Position numbers and translations under genes: made by a program
NCBI GenBank assembly: GCA_964545205.1
Contig: CAZJFH010000014.1
Location: forward strand, 775-64,774
Length of the DNA stretch: 64,000 nucleotides
Direction of reading: 5' to 3'
DNA from: an uncultured Rhodospirillaceae bacterium
Lineage (GTDB): Bacteria; Pseudomonadota; Alphaproteobacteria; Rhodospirillales; Magnetospirillaceae
Shown here: in pieces, positions 48,013 through 57,696 of the stretch
How the letters are laid out: the number at the start of each line of letters is the position of its first letter
Position numbering within the stretch: the stretch's first letter is position 1
The notes under the pieces: model-generated
The model's database searches: none
What the model was told of the DNA's origin: nothing
Seen by the model: the letters and a program-made list of their open reading frames with translations, nothing else

Positions 48013-49455
48013 CTACGGGCCTTGGTCCAGGGCGGCAAGGACCTGGGGCAGCAATTCGGCCAGATCCTCGGCGATGAGGCCGCGGCCGAAGAGACCGGCG
48101 GCGGCGCCCTGGAGCCAGGCGGCGGCGCAGCCGGCCTCGAACCCCGCCAGGCCCTGGGCCATCAGCCCGACCGCGATGCCGGCCAGCGTGTCGCCGCTGC
48201 CGGCGGTGGCCAGGTCGGGCGGCGCGTTGGCGTTGATCGCCGCGCGGCCGTCGGGGGCCGCGATCACCGTGTCGGCGCCCTTGAGCAGCACGACGCAGCC
48301 GCTCCGCGCCGCCGCCGCTCGCGCCCGGCTCAGGCGGTCGCCCTCAAGGCCCGGGAACAGGCGCGCGAACTCGCCGTCGTGCGGGGTCAGCAGCACGCGC
48401 CCGCCGCCGTGGCGGAACAGCGCCTCGGGCGTGCCGGCGAAGGCGGTCAGGGCGTCGGCGTCGAGCACGCAGGCCTTGCCGGCGCGCAGCGCCGCCAGGG
48501 CGCGGGCCGCGGTCTCGCCGCCGCGCCCGCTGCCGGGACCGATCAGGAACGCGTTGCGCCGCGCGTCCTCGACCAGCTCGTCGAAGTCGTCGAGCGGCGC
48601 CAGCAGATTGCCCGGCATGTCGCCTGCCGCCAGGTCGAGCACCGAGTCCGGCACCGCCAGCGTCACCAGCCCGGCCCCGGCCCGCCGTGCCGCCCGCGCC
48701 GCCAGCCGGGCGGCGCCGGTCATCTGGGCGCCGCCGACCACCACGGCATGGCCGCGGGCGTATTTGTGGTCGGCCGGGCCCGGGCGCGGCAGCCGCCACA
48801 GCGCCGGGCCGTTCTCGAAGGTGTTCGGGGCGATGTCGGCCAGCACGGCGGCGGGGATGCCGATATCGGCGACCACCACCTCGCCGCAGGCCTCGCGGCC
48901 CGGCAGCAGCAGATGGCCGGGCTTCTTGCGGAAGAAGGTCACCGTCAGGGCGGCTCGCGGCGCGGCGCCCAGGATGGCGCCGCGATCGCCGTGCACGCCG
49001 CTGGGCACGTCGACGGCGACGCAGGGCAGGGCGCGGCGGCCGATCTCTTCGACCAGCGCCCGGGCGGCGCCGTCGAGCGGCCGCGCCAGCCCGGCGCCGA
49101 ACAGCGCGTCGACGACCAGGGCGCGGCCGTCGAGCAGGTCGGGGCCGGCCGGATGCACCGGGCCGTTCCAGCGCGCCGCCATGGCGGCGGCGTCGCCGCG
49201 CAGCCGCCCCGGATCGCCGAGCAGGCCGAGCCGCACGGGCCAGCCGGCGCGCTGCAACAGCCGGGCCGCCACGAAGCCGTCGCCGCCGTTGTTGCCCGGC
49301 CCGCACAGCACCGCGACGGGGCACGGCCGCCAGCGGCGGCGGACCGCATTGGCCACCGCCCAGCCGGCCGCCTCCATCAGCGCCGCGCCGGTCACCCCGG
49401 CCGCCATCGCGGCGGCATCGGCGGCGTACATCTGTCGCACCGAAAGCAGTTCCAT
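48013..49455 (-). CDS. nnr: bifunctional NAD(P)H-hydrate epimerase / ADP-dependent dehydratase
   Basis: The N-terminal YjeF_N domain (CGPGNNGGDGFV) is fused to a carbohydrate-kinase-like C-terminal domain (GSGDTLAG). Confidence 0.85.
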   Translation of the reverse strand: MELLSVRQMYAADAAAMAAGVTGAALMEAAGWAVANAVRRRWRPCPVAVLCGPGNNGGDGFVAARLLQRAGWPVRLGLLGDPGRLRGDAAAMAARWNGPVHPAGPDLLDGRALVVDALFGAGLARPLDGAARALVEEIGRRALPCVAVDVPSGVHGDRGAILGAAPRAALTVTFFRKKPGHLLLPGREACGEVVVADIGIPAAVLADIAPNTFENGPALWRLPRPGPADHKYARGHAVVVGGAQMTGAARLAARAARRAGAGLVTLAVPDSVLDLAAGDMPGNLLAPLDDFDELVEDARRNAFLIGPGSGRGGETAARALAALRAGKACVLDADALTAFAGTPEALFRHGGGRVLLTPHDGEFARLFPGLEGDRLSRARAAAARSGCVVLLKGADTVIAAPDGRAAINANAPPDLATAGSGDTLAGIAVGLMAQGLAGFEAGCAAAWLQGAAAGLFGRGLIAEDLAELLPQVLAALDQGP

Positions 49456-49549
49456 ATCTCCAGGGTACCGACGCCCCCGGCATTTGCAACGGCAGTGCTT
49501 CGTCCTATAAGTGTCCGCACCGGCATAATTCCTTCGGCGAGGTTGGGCG

Positions 49550-50803
49550 GTGCATGTTCTGGTGATGGGCTCGGGCGTCGTCGGCGTCGCGACCGCTTGG
49601 TTCCTGGCCCGGGACGGCCACCAGGTGACCGTCGTCGACCGTCAGCCGGGCGCCGGCCTGGAGACCAGCTTCGCCAATGGCGGCCAGGTCTCGGCCAGCC
49701 ATGCCGAGCCGTGGGCCAGTCCCGAGACGCTGCGCAAGGTGCTGAAATGGTTGGGCCGGCCCGACGCGCCGCTGGTGTTCCGCTGGTGGCGCTGGGACCC
49801 GGCGCTGTGGTCGTGGCTGGCCCGGTTCCTGAGCAACTGCCCGGCCGAGCGCGCCCGCGTCAACACCGAGCGGACGCTGCGGGTCGCGTTGTATTCGCGC
49901 AGCGTGCTGCGCCAGCTCCGCGCCGACACCGGCATCCGCTACGACCAGCGCCAGCAGGGCATCCTGCACTTCTACCGCGACAAGCGCGAATTCGAGCACG
50001 CCCTGCGCATCGCCGAGCTGATGGCGGCCCACGGCCTGCCGCGCGAGCCGCTGACCCCCAGCCAGTGCCTGACGGTCGAACCGGCGCTGTACGGCATCCA
50101 GCGCGAGCTCGCGGGCGGGCTGTTCAGCCCCTACGACGAGAGCGGCGACGCCCACAAGTTCACCACCGAGCTGGCGCGGCTGGCGGCGGAGAAGGGCGTG
50201 CTGTTCCTCAACGGCCTGCAGGTCCGGCGCCTGCAGCAGGAGGGCGGCCGCATCACCGGCGTCGTCACCGATCAGGGCCGCGTCGTCGCCGACGCCTACG
50301 TGCTGGCGCTGGGAAGCTGGTCGCCGCTGGTGGCGCGCTCGGTCGGCCTCGGGCTGCCGATCTATCCGGCCAAGGGCTACTCGGTGACGGTGGGGGTGAC
50401 GGACCCGGACGAGGCGCCGACGGTCAGCCTGACCGACGACGAGAACAAGCTGGTGTTCAGCCGCCTCGGCGACCGGCTGCGGGTGGCGGGCACCGCCGAG
50501 TTCGCCGGCTGGAATCCGGAGATGACCGTCCGCCGTGCCGAGGTGGTGCTCGAGAAGGCGCGCAAGGTGTTCCCGGCCGCCGGCGACTGGCAGGCGGCCG
50601 AGCTGTGGACCGGGCTGCGGCCGGTGACCCCGGACAGCGTTCCGATCATCGGCGCCACCGCTTTTCCCAATCTGTGGCTCAACACCGGCCACGGCACCCT
50701 GGGCTGGACCATGTCCTGCGGATCGGGGCGCATCATCGCCGATCTGGTCGCCGGCCGGCGGCCGGAAATCCCCGTCGACGGCCTCGGCCTCGACCGGTTT
50801 TGA
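49550..50803 (+). CDS. dadA: D-amino acid dehydrogenase (FAD-dependent)
   Basis: The GTG-start N-terminus HVLVMGSGVVGVATAWFLARDGHQVTVVDR (GxGxxG) and ...ETSFANGGQ... The C-terminus is typical of DadA. Confidence 0.8.
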   Translation: MHVLVMGSGVVGVATAWFLARDGHQVTVVDRQPGAGLETSFANGGQVSASHAEPWASPETLRKVLKWLGRPDAPLVFRWWRWDPALWSWLARFLSNCPAERARVNTERTLRVALYSRSVLRQLRADTGIRYDQRQQGILHFYRDKREFEHALRIAELMAAHGLPREPLTPSQCLTVEPALYGIQRELAGGLFSPYDESGDAHKFTTELARLAAEKGVLFLNGLQVRRLQQEGGRITGVVTDQGRVVADAYVLALGSWSPLVARSVGLGLPIYPAKGYSVTVGVTDPDEAPTVSLTDDENKLVFSRLGDRLRVAGTAEFAGWNPEMTVRRAEVVLEKARKVFPAAGDWQAAELWTGLRPVTPDSVPIIGATAFPNLWLNTGHGTLGWTMSCGSGRIIADLVAGRRPEIPVDGLGLDRF

Positions 50804-50894
50804 CCGCCAAGCGGGTGGCGGCGCGCGGCCGCAAGCGGTATATTAGACCGTAGTGAATTTACGCCACGGTTGCCGACAGCAAGGGAGGCGCCGC

Positions 50895-51281
50895 ATGGAG
50901 CCGGTCTTCCTCGACAGTCTCTACGACGAGACGATGCGGCTGATGGAAGACGCGCGGGACTATCACCGGCACTGGGAGCAGTCCGACCGCGCCGCGCTGC
51001 CGCTCAACGAGGGATGCGCGATGTCGCGCGAATGCCTGTCGATGACCGCACGGCTGACCAGCGTGATGGCCTGGGTGCTGACCCAGCGCGCCATCAGCGC
51101 CGGCGAGATCGAGGCCGAAGAGGCGGCCGACGACGAGTACCGCCTGCTGGCCGAGGCGATCCACGTCACGCCGGTGCGGATGCAGTCCGACCGCCTGCCG
51201 CGCCGGCTGTGGCGGCTGCTCGATTCGAGCTGGCGGCTGTATCGGCGGGTGCAGCGGCTGGAGTCCCAGCTCGTCCACTGA
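50895..51281 (+). CDS. DUF1465 family protein (RcdA-like)
   Basis: ...FLDSLYDETMRLMEDARDY...LTSVMAWVLTQRA... is typical of alphaproteobacterial DUF1465. Confidence 0.7.
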   Translation: MEPVFLDSLYDETMRLMEDARDYHRHWEQSDRAALPLNEGCAMSRECLSMTARLTSVMAWVLTQRAISAGEIEAEEAADDEYRLLAEAIHVTPVRMQSDRLPRRLWRLLDSSWRLYRRVQRLESQLVH

Positions 51282-51296
51282 GCCTCCCGCTGCCGT

Positions 51297-52541
51297 CTAT
51301 TCCGCGGCGAGTTCCATGCCGGCCCTGTCGTGGGTGCGGATGAAGTCGCGGACTCGCGGATAGATCTCCTGGCGCCAGCGGCGGCCGTTGAAGACGCCGT
51401 AATGGCCGACCCGCTCCTGAAGGTGGTGCGAGCGCTTCGCCGCGGGCAGGTTCGTGCACAGGCCGTGCGCGGCGTGGGTCTGTCCGACGCCGGTGATGTC
51501 GTCCTTTTCGCCCTCCACCGTCATCAGCGCCGTGTTGCGAATCGCCGCCGGCTCGACCGGGGCGTCGCGGTGGCGCATGACGCCGCGCGGAAGCTGGTGC
51601 TCCTGGAACGCCACGCGGATGGTCTGCAGGTAGTAGTCGGCGGTCAGGTCCATCACCGACATGTACTCGTCGTAGAACTCGCGGTGCGCCTTGGCGCTGT
51701 CGCCGTCGCCCCGCATCAGGTGATGGAACATGTGCAGGTGGGCGTTGACGTGACGGTCGATGTTCATGCTCATGAACCCCGACAGCTGCAGGAAGCCCGG
51801 ATAGACCCGCCGGCCGGCGCCCGCGTGCACCAGCGGCACGGTGTGGACCACGTTGCGCTCGAACCAGCGCAGCGGCCGGCTGGTCGCCACCTCGTTGACC
51901 TTGGTCGGATTGACGCGGGTGTCGATCGGGCCGCCCATGAGCACCAGCGACGCCGGCTGCATCGGGTCGTCGGCGGCGGCGAGCAGGGCGGTCGCCGACA
52001 GCACCGGCACCGACGGCTGACAGACCGCCATGACGTGCAGGTTCGGCCCCAGCGCGCGGATGAAGTCGATGACGTAGTCGATGTAGTCGTCGAGATCGAA
52101 GTCGCCGAGGAACGCCGGCACCTCGCTGGCGCAGGTCCAGTCGGTGATGTAGACGTCGTGCTCGGGCAGCAGCGCCTCGACCGTGCCGCGCAGCAGGGTC
52201 GCGTAATGGCCGGAGAGCGGCGCCACGAGCAGCACCTTGGGATGGCGGCGCTCGGTCGCGCGCTGGAAGTGCAGCAGCCGGCAGAAGGTCTTTTCCATCG
52301 CCACCACTTCGCGGACCGCCACGGTCTCGCCCTCGACGACGGTCTCGTTCAGACCGAAGGCCGGTTTGCCGTAGCGGCGCGTCGTGCGCTCGATCAGCTC
52401 GCAGCCGGCGGCCACGGCGCGGCCGTAGCCGGTGTACGAGATCGGCAGAAAGGGGCTGCTGTACACTTGCTGCATGGCCTCGGCCATCATCCGCATCGGC
52501 TGGACCGCTGCCCGCTGCAGTTCGTGCATGTGATAGAGCAT
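51297..52541 (-). CDS. phaZ: intracellular polyhydroxyalkanoate depolymerase
   Basis: MLYHMHELQRA...RLLHF...VLLVAPLSGHYATLLR... is the typical PhaZ (intracellular type) pattern. Confidence 0.85.
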   Translation of the reverse strand: MLYHMHELQRAAVQPMRMMAEAMQQVYSSPFLPISYTGYGRAVAAGCELIERTTRRYGKPAFGLNETVVEGETVAVREVVAMEKTFCRLLHFQRATERRHPKVLLVAPLSGHYATLLRGTVEALLPEHDVYITDWTCASEVPAFLGDFDLDDYIDYVIDFIRALGPNLHVMAVCQPSVPVLSATALLAAADDPMQPASLVLMGGPIDTRVNPTKVNEVATSRPLRWFERNVVHTVPLVHAGAGRRVYPGFLQLSGFMSMNIDRHVNAHLHMFHHLMRGDGDSAKAHREFYDEYMSVMDLTADYYLQTIRVAFQEHQLPRGVMRHRDAPVEPAAIRNTALMTVEGEKDDITGVGQTHAAHGLCTNLPAAKRSHHLQERVGHYGVFNGRRWRQEIYPRVRDFIRTHDRAGMELAAE

Positions 52542-52773
52542 TCGGCATCCCTCGAATGTGTTAGGACGGAAGGGGTATCATTTTGTTTCCTCCGGGACGT
52601 CCTCCAGCGCAACAAAATTTTCGCGTTGCGATAATAATTTTAAAGTTGCCAAAAGCGGGAACAGGCGCTCCGCCTCGGCATACCCCGGTCATGCCGCGCT
52701 GCAGCATTTCACGGCCGGAACAAAACCGCACTTCTCGGCGTTGAGCAGGCGACGACAACGAATGGAGGAGCCC

Positions 52774-53016
52774 ATGAAACGCATGGCGCTTGTAGCCGCT
52801 CTCGCGGCCACCACGGGCTTGGCCGCGTGCGGCACCAGCACGACGGACCGCGCCCTTTCGGGTGCCGGCATCGGCGCGGCCGGCGGCGCGGCCGTGGGCG
52901 CCCTGAGCGGTGATCCGATGACCGGTGCGCTTCTTGGCGCCGGCGTCGGGGCCGCGGGTGGCGCCCTGACCGACCGTGAGGACATCGACCTCGGCGAGCC
53001 CATCTGGCGGCGCTGA
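52774..53016 (+). CDS. glycine-zipper lipoprotein
   Basis: The lipobox LAAC, then GAGIGAAGGAAVGALSG...GALLGAGVGAAGGAL glycine-zipper repeats. A GGAGGAG RBS lies upstream. Confidence 0.7.
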   Translation: MKRMALVAALAATTGLAACGTSTTDRALSGAGIGAAGGAAVGALSGDPMTGALLGAGVGAAGGALTDREDIDLGEPIWRR

Positions 53017-53220
53017 TCCGGCCCGAATCGGCGGAGCGGGCCCGGCGGACCGGATGGTCCTCCGGGCCTAATCCGTTGGGGTGCAAACCTTCGTGGGGGT
53101 TGGAAGCGAACTGGGGCCTTTCTATGATCGCGGCGCGCGCCGGGGCTTCACAACGCCGCCGGGCGGCTCTATAGTCCGAGCATTCATTGGAATTATTCCA
53201 GAAAACTTGAGAGGTACGCC

Positions 53221-53823
53221 ATGGCAGTCGAGCTTCCCCCGCTCCCTTACGATCAGTCGGCCCTCGAGCCGCACATGTCGGCCAAGACGCTGTCGTTCCA
53301 CCACGGCAAGCACCACCAGGCTTACGTCACCAACTACAACAACGCCGTCAAGGACACGCCGCTCGACGGCAAGCCGCTCGAGGAGGTGATCAAGCAGGTC
53401 GCCGGCGATTCCAGCAAGATGGCGGTGTTCAACAACGGCGCCCAGGTCTGGAACCACACCTTCTTCTGGCACTCGATGAAGCCGAACGGCGGCGGCCGCC
53501 CGAGCGGCGACCTTCTGGCCCGCATCGAGGCCGATTTCGGCAGCTTCGACAAGTTCAAGGACGAGTTCAAGCAGGCCGGCGCCACCCAGTTCGGCTCGGG
53601 CTGGGCGTGGCTGGTCCTCGACGGCGGCAAGCTGGCGGTGACCAAGACCGCCAACGCGGACAATCCGCTGACCAAGCAGCAGACGCCCCTGCTGACCTGC
53701 GACGTGTGGGAGCACGCCTATTATCTCGACTACCAGAACCGCCGCCCGGACTTCCTGGCGACGTTCCTCGACAATCTGGTCAACTGGGACTTCGTCGCCG
53801 ACAATCTGGCGAAGGCGAAGTAA
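53221..53823 (+). CDS. sodB: Fe/Mn-family superoxide dismutase (Fe type likely)
   Basis: [32 protein letters not shown]...[15 protein letters not shown]. Confidence 0.9.
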   Translation: MAVELPPLPYDQSALEPHMSAKTLSFHHGKHHQAYVTNYNNAVKDTPLDGKPLEEVIKQVAGDSSKMAVFNNGAQVWNHTFFWHSMKPNGGGRPSGDLLARIEADFGSFDKFKDEFKQAGATQFGSGWAWLVLDGGKLAVTKTANADNPLTKQQTPLLTCDVWEHAYYLDYQNRRPDFLATFLDNLVNWDFVADNLAKAK

Positions 53824-54198
53824 TCAGACGGCGATCAGCGCCGCGGCGACGCGGCGCTCTTCCGCCATCAGCACGTTGTAGGTGCGGCACGCGCTGCCGG
53901 TGTCCATGGTCTCGACCGCGATGCCGGCCTGGCGCAACACCTTGCGCAGATCCGGTTCGAGAAACACCTGCCGCGGTCCGCAGCCCAGCAGCAGCACGTC
54001 GATGCGCTCGGCGGCCAGGAGCAGCGGTTCCAGCGCCGCGCGGTCGACCTGTTCGATGGTGTCCGGCGCCCAGTCGACGACCCGGTCGGCGAAGACGATC
54101 CGCGAGCCTTCGTAGCGGCTGCCGGTGATGCGGAAGCCGCCGTCGCCGTAGGCCTCGATGATCTGGCGGCCGGCGGGAATGAGGGGAGTGACGTCCAT
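53824..54198 (-). CDS. Mth938-like (DUF498) protein
   Basis: ...IEAYGDGGFRI.G..Y.GS.IV...DVLLLGCG... is typical of DUF498/NDUFAF3-like proteins. Confidence 0.7.
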   Translation of the reverse strand: MDVTPLIPAGRQIIEAYGDGGFRITGSRYEGSRIVFADRVVDWAPDTIEQVDRAALEPLLLAAERIDVLLLGCGPRQVFLEPDLRKVLRQAGIAVETMDTGSACRTYNVLMAEERRVAAALIAV

Positions 54199-54230
54199 CC
54201 GGAGAATATGGGCCGGCGGCGGCGCGCCCG

Positions 54231-55178
54231 CTAGCCCTGGCTCTCCGGCGACTCGGCCTCGCCCTCGACGCCCGGCGGCTTCTCGGTCTGCGACAGGCTG
54301 CGCAGATCGAAATAGAGCAGAACCGGCACGCCGACATAGATCGAGGAATAGGTCCCGATCAGCACGCCGAAGATCATCGCCAGCGCGAAGCCCTCGAGCA
54401 CCTCGCCGCCCAGGAAATACAGCGCCGTGACCGCCAGCAGGGTGGTGCCGCCGGTCAGCAGGGTGCGCGGCAGCGTCTCGTTCACCGACAGGTTCAGCAG
54501 GTCGAAGATCGACAGCGCCTTGTACTTGCGCATGTTTTCGCGAACGCGGTCGTAGATCACCACCGTGTCGTTGATCGAGTAGCCGGCGATGGTCAGGATC
54601 GCCGCGACGATGGTCAGATCGAAATTCAGCCCCAGGATCGAGAAGAAGCCGAAGGTGGCGACCACGTCGTGGAAGGTCGCGACCAGCGCGCCGACCGCGA
54701 ACGGCCACTCGAAACGCAGCCAGATATAGGCGGCGATGGCCAGGATCGACAGGCTGACCGCCCAGACCGCATCCTCGCGCAACTGCTCGCCGACCTTGGG
54801 GCCGACGAATTCGGTGCGCCGGTACTCGTAGCCCTCGCCCAGGGCTTGCTTGATCGTCTCGATCGCCGCCGCCTGCGCTTTCTCGTCGCCTTCCTGGCGC
54901 TGCACCCGGATCAGCACGTCGTTGGGCGCGCCGAAGGTCTGCAGCGCCACCTCGCCGACGCCCAGCCCCGAAAGCCGCTCGCGCATCTTCGCGAGGTCGG
55001 CCGGGCCAGGGGTCTCGACCTCGATCAGGATGCCGCCGGCGAAATCGATGCCGTAATTCAGGCTGCGGGTGCCCAACGAGACGATCGAGCCGATGATGAT
55101 GATCGCGGTGATCGCGAATGCGATCACGCGCTTGCCGAGGAAGTCGATCTTGGTGCCGTAGGGAAGCCGGATCAGCAT
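54231..55178 (-). CDS. secF: protein translocase subunit SecF
   Basis: ...LNYGIDFAGG... and a six-TM SecF layout, immediately downstream of secD. Confidence 0.92.
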   Translation of the reverse strand: MLIRLPYGTKIDFLGKRVIAFAITAIIIIGSIVSLGTRSLNYGIDFAGGILIEVETPGPADLAKMRERLSGLGVGEVALQTFGAPNDVLIRVQRQEGDEKAQAAAIETIKQALGEGYEYRRTEFVGPKVGEQLREDAVWAVSLSILAIAAYIWLRFEWPFAVGALVATFHDVVATFGFFSILGLNFDLTIVAAILTIAGYSINDTVVIYDRVRENMRKYKALSIFDLLNLSVNETLPRTLLTGGTTLLAVTALYFLGGEVLEGFALAMIFGVLIGTYSSIYVGVPVLLYFDLRSLSQTEKPPGVEGEAESPESQG

Positions 55179-55188
55179 GGCGCTACTT

Positions 55189-56745
55189 TCAGATGGGCAG
55201 GGCCTGGGGCTTGGCGCGGCGCGCCCAAGCCTGGAGCATCAGTCGCGTGACCCAGATCGCGGTGAACATCGAGGTCGCCAGTCCGACCGACAGCGTCACC
55301 GCGAAGCCGCGGATCGGGCCTGAGCCGAACTGGAACAGCAGCACCGCCGCGATCAGGGTGGTGAGCTGGGAATCGAGGATCGTGACCAGGGCGCGTTCGA
55401 AGCCGGCCTGCATGGCGTTGATCGGCGAGCGTCCCAGCCGCGCCTCCTCGCGCATGCGCTCGAAGATCAGCACGTTGGCGTCGACCGCCATGCCGAGCGT
55501 CAGCACGATGCCGGCGATGCCGGGCAGCGTCAGCGTGGCCCCCAGCGCCGAGAGCACGCCCAGCAGCATGCCGAGATTGGCCAGCAGGGCGATGTTGGCG
55601 AAGATGCCGAACAGGCCGTAGGCGGCGAGCATGAACACGATCACCAGCACCAGCCCGATCACCGAGGCGATGGCGCCGGCGCGGATCGAGTCGGCGCCGA
55701 GATCGGGGCCGACGGTGCGTTCCTCGAGAATCGTCAGCGGCGCCGGCAAGGCGCCGGCGCGCAGCAGCAGCGCCAGATCCTGTGCCGTCTGGACCGTGAA
55801 CTGGCCCGAGATCACGCCGGAACCGCCCAGGATGGGCTCGCGGATCACCGGCGCGCTGATCACCTTTTCGTCGAGGACGATGGCGAGCTGGCGGCCGACG
55901 TTTTCCTTGGTCACGTCGCCGAAGCGCTTGCCGCCGGCGGTGTTGAAACGGAAGCTCACCACCGGCTCGTTGTTCTGGAAACTGGGCTGGGCGTCGACCA
56001 GCGCGTCGCCGCCGACTTCGACCTTGCGGCGCACGACGTGGTATTGCGGCCCGGTCGGGTCCTGCGACGGCAGCAGCATGGTGCCCGGCGGCAGCCGTCC
56101 GCGCTGGGCCTCTTCCGGGGTGACCGTCGGGTCCGACAGGTGGAAGGTCAGCTTCGCGGTCTTGCCGAGCAGGCTCTTGATGCGGCCGGGATCGTCGAGG
56201 CCGGGAAGCTGCACCAGAATGCGGTCCTCGCCCTGGCGCATGATCGTCGGCTCGCGGGTGCCGAGTTCGTCGACGCGGCGGCGGACGATCTCGATCGACT
56301 GGTCGACCGCGGCGCGCTGGCGCTCGACCAGCGCCTGCTCGGTGTAGGCCAGGACGGCGGTGCCGTCGTCGCGCATCTCCACCGTGGTGGCCGGGTCGAG
56401 CTGGCGCAGCGCCGCCAGCGCTTCGTCGCGCTTCTCGGGTTCGAGCAGCTTGAGCGTGACGGTGTTGCCCTCGATGCCGAGGTCGGCGTAGCGCACGCGC
56501 TGCTCGCGCATGGCGGTGCGGACGGCGTCGACCAGGCCGGTGAGCTGTTCCTTGACCACCGCCTCGACCTCGACCTCCAGCAGCAGGTGCGAGCCGCCCT
56601 GCAGGTCAAGGCCGAGATTGACCGGCTGCAACCACTCGGGAAGCGCGTCGGCGGTCTGGCGCGGCAGCACGTTCGGCGCCGCGAACACGATGCCGATCAC
56701 GCACACGACGAGGATCAGGACGGTCTTCCACGGCGGGTAGAACAT
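55189..56745 (-). CDS. secD: protein translocase subunit SecD
   Basis: ...LGLDLQGG... and a C-terminal SecD TM bundle. The start at 56745 (MFYPPWK) avoids overlap with yajC. Confidence 0.9.
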   Translation of the reverse strand: MFYPPWKTVLILVVCVIGIVFAAPNVLPRQTADALPEWLQPVNLGLDLQGGSHLLLEVEVEAVVKEQLTGLVDAVRTAMREQRVRYADLGIEGNTVTLKLLEPEKRDEALAALRQLDPATTVEMRDDGTAVLAYTEQALVERQRAAVDQSIEIVRRRVDELGTREPTIMRQGEDRILVQLPGLDDPGRIKSLLGKTAKLTFHLSDPTVTPEEAQRGRLPPGTMLLPSQDPTGPQYHVVRRKVEVGGDALVDAQPSFQNNEPVVSFRFNTAGGKRFGDVTKENVGRQLAIVLDEKVISAPVIREPILGGSGVISGQFTVQTAQDLALLLRAGALPAPLTILEERTVGPDLGADSIRAGAIASVIGLVLVIVFMLAAYGLFGIFANIALLANLGMLLGVLSALGATLTLPGIAGIVLTLGMAVDANVLIFERMREEARLGRSPINAMQAGFERALVTILDSQLTTLIAAVLLFQFGSGPIRGFAVTLSVGLATSMFTAIWVTRLMLQAWARRAKPQALPI

Positions 56746-56749
56746 GGGC

Positions 56750-57169
56750 TTACTTGCCTTTGCCGCCAAGCAGGCTCTTCAGGCCGCCCGACTTCTCGGC
56801 CGGCTTGGCCTCGGCGGCCGCCGGGGCCTCGGCCTCGTCCTTGGCGCCGCCGGTCGGCTGCGTCTTCTGCAGCACGTCGGCGATCGTCGCGCGCAGCACG
56901 CGGACGCGGACGTTGTCGGCGATCTCGATCTGGACCTCGTTGTCGTCGAGCAGCTTGGTGATTTGCCCGATGATGCCGCCGCCGGTCACCACGCGATCGC
57001 CGCGCCGGAGCTGGGTCAGCATCTCGCGGTGCTGCTTCATCTTCTTCTGCTGGGGCCGGATCAGCAGGAAATAGAAGACGACGAAGATAAGGATGAGCGG
57101 CAGGAACGCTTCCAGGCCGCCAGCCGCCGGTGCCGGCGCGGCCTGGGCGTAGGCTGGGGAGATCAGCAT
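56750..57169 (-). CDS. yajC: preprotein translocase subunit YajC
   Basis: ...LILIFVVFYFLLIRPQQKK.K.H..ML..L..GD.V.T.GGI.G is canonical YajC. Confidence 0.9.
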   Translation of the reverse strand: MLISPAYAQAAPAPAAGGLEAFLPLILIFVVFYFLLIRPQQKKMKQHREMLTQLRRGDRVVTGGGIIGQITKLLDDNEVQIEIADNVRVRVLRATIADVLQKTQPTGGAKDEAEAPAAAEAKPAEKSGGLKSLLGGKGK

Positions 57170-57268
57170 CGGGGACTCCTCAAGGTGTTCGGCGAAGCCA
57201 GCCGGGAATATAACGGTGGTTTCCCGACTTGCAAACGCAAACGACCGTCAGGCCCCCCCCGATTGGTC

Positions 57269-57598
57269 CTATTCGCGCCGGATCTTCACCGCCGTGCCGT
57301 TGGCCGAGACCATCAGCATCGTCTTGCGGTCGCCGCCGATCACCTCGTAGTCGAGGTCGATGCCGATCACCGCGTCGGCGCCCAGCGCGCGGGCACGGTC
57401 CTCGAGTTCCTGCAGCGCCAGCGCCTTGGCCTCGGTGAACAGCTTCTCGTAGCTGGCGGTGCGCCCGCCGACGATGTCGCGGATGCCGGCGAACAGGTCG
57501 CTGAAGACGTTCGAGCCCATGACGGCGTCGCCCGAGACGATGCCGAGATAGGCGGCGATGACGCTGCCCTCGATGTTTGGGGTGGTGGTCAGGATCAT
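57269..57598 (-). CDS. YbjQ/UPF0145 family protein
   Basis: [19 protein letters not shown]......[13 protein letters not shown]...YE. Confidence 0.85.
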   Translation of the reverse strand: MILTTTPNIEGSVIAAYLGIVSGDAVMGSNVFSDLFAGIRDIVGGRTASYEKLFTEAKALALQELEDRARALGADAVIGIDLDYEVIGGDRKTMLMVSANGTAVKIRRE

Positions 57599-57696
57599 GG
57601 GGCCTCCCGGCGCTGATGCGAACGCGACGACCTTAACTTATTCGGGGGGGCAAGGTACACTGCGCGCGTCTGAGCGGTCGGGGAACACGGTTGAGC

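Noticed and set aside
45949-50853. A 1634-aa plus-strand ORF spanning five annotated genes
   Set aside because: It runs antisense to the RutE-like, malonyl-CoA decarboxylase and nnr genes, and out of frame over dadA. Its translation is low-complexity Arg/Ala/Gly/Pro-rich sequence. This is the typical stop-codon-free artefact of very GC-rich DNA. The opposite- or alternative-frame genes have clear family motifs.
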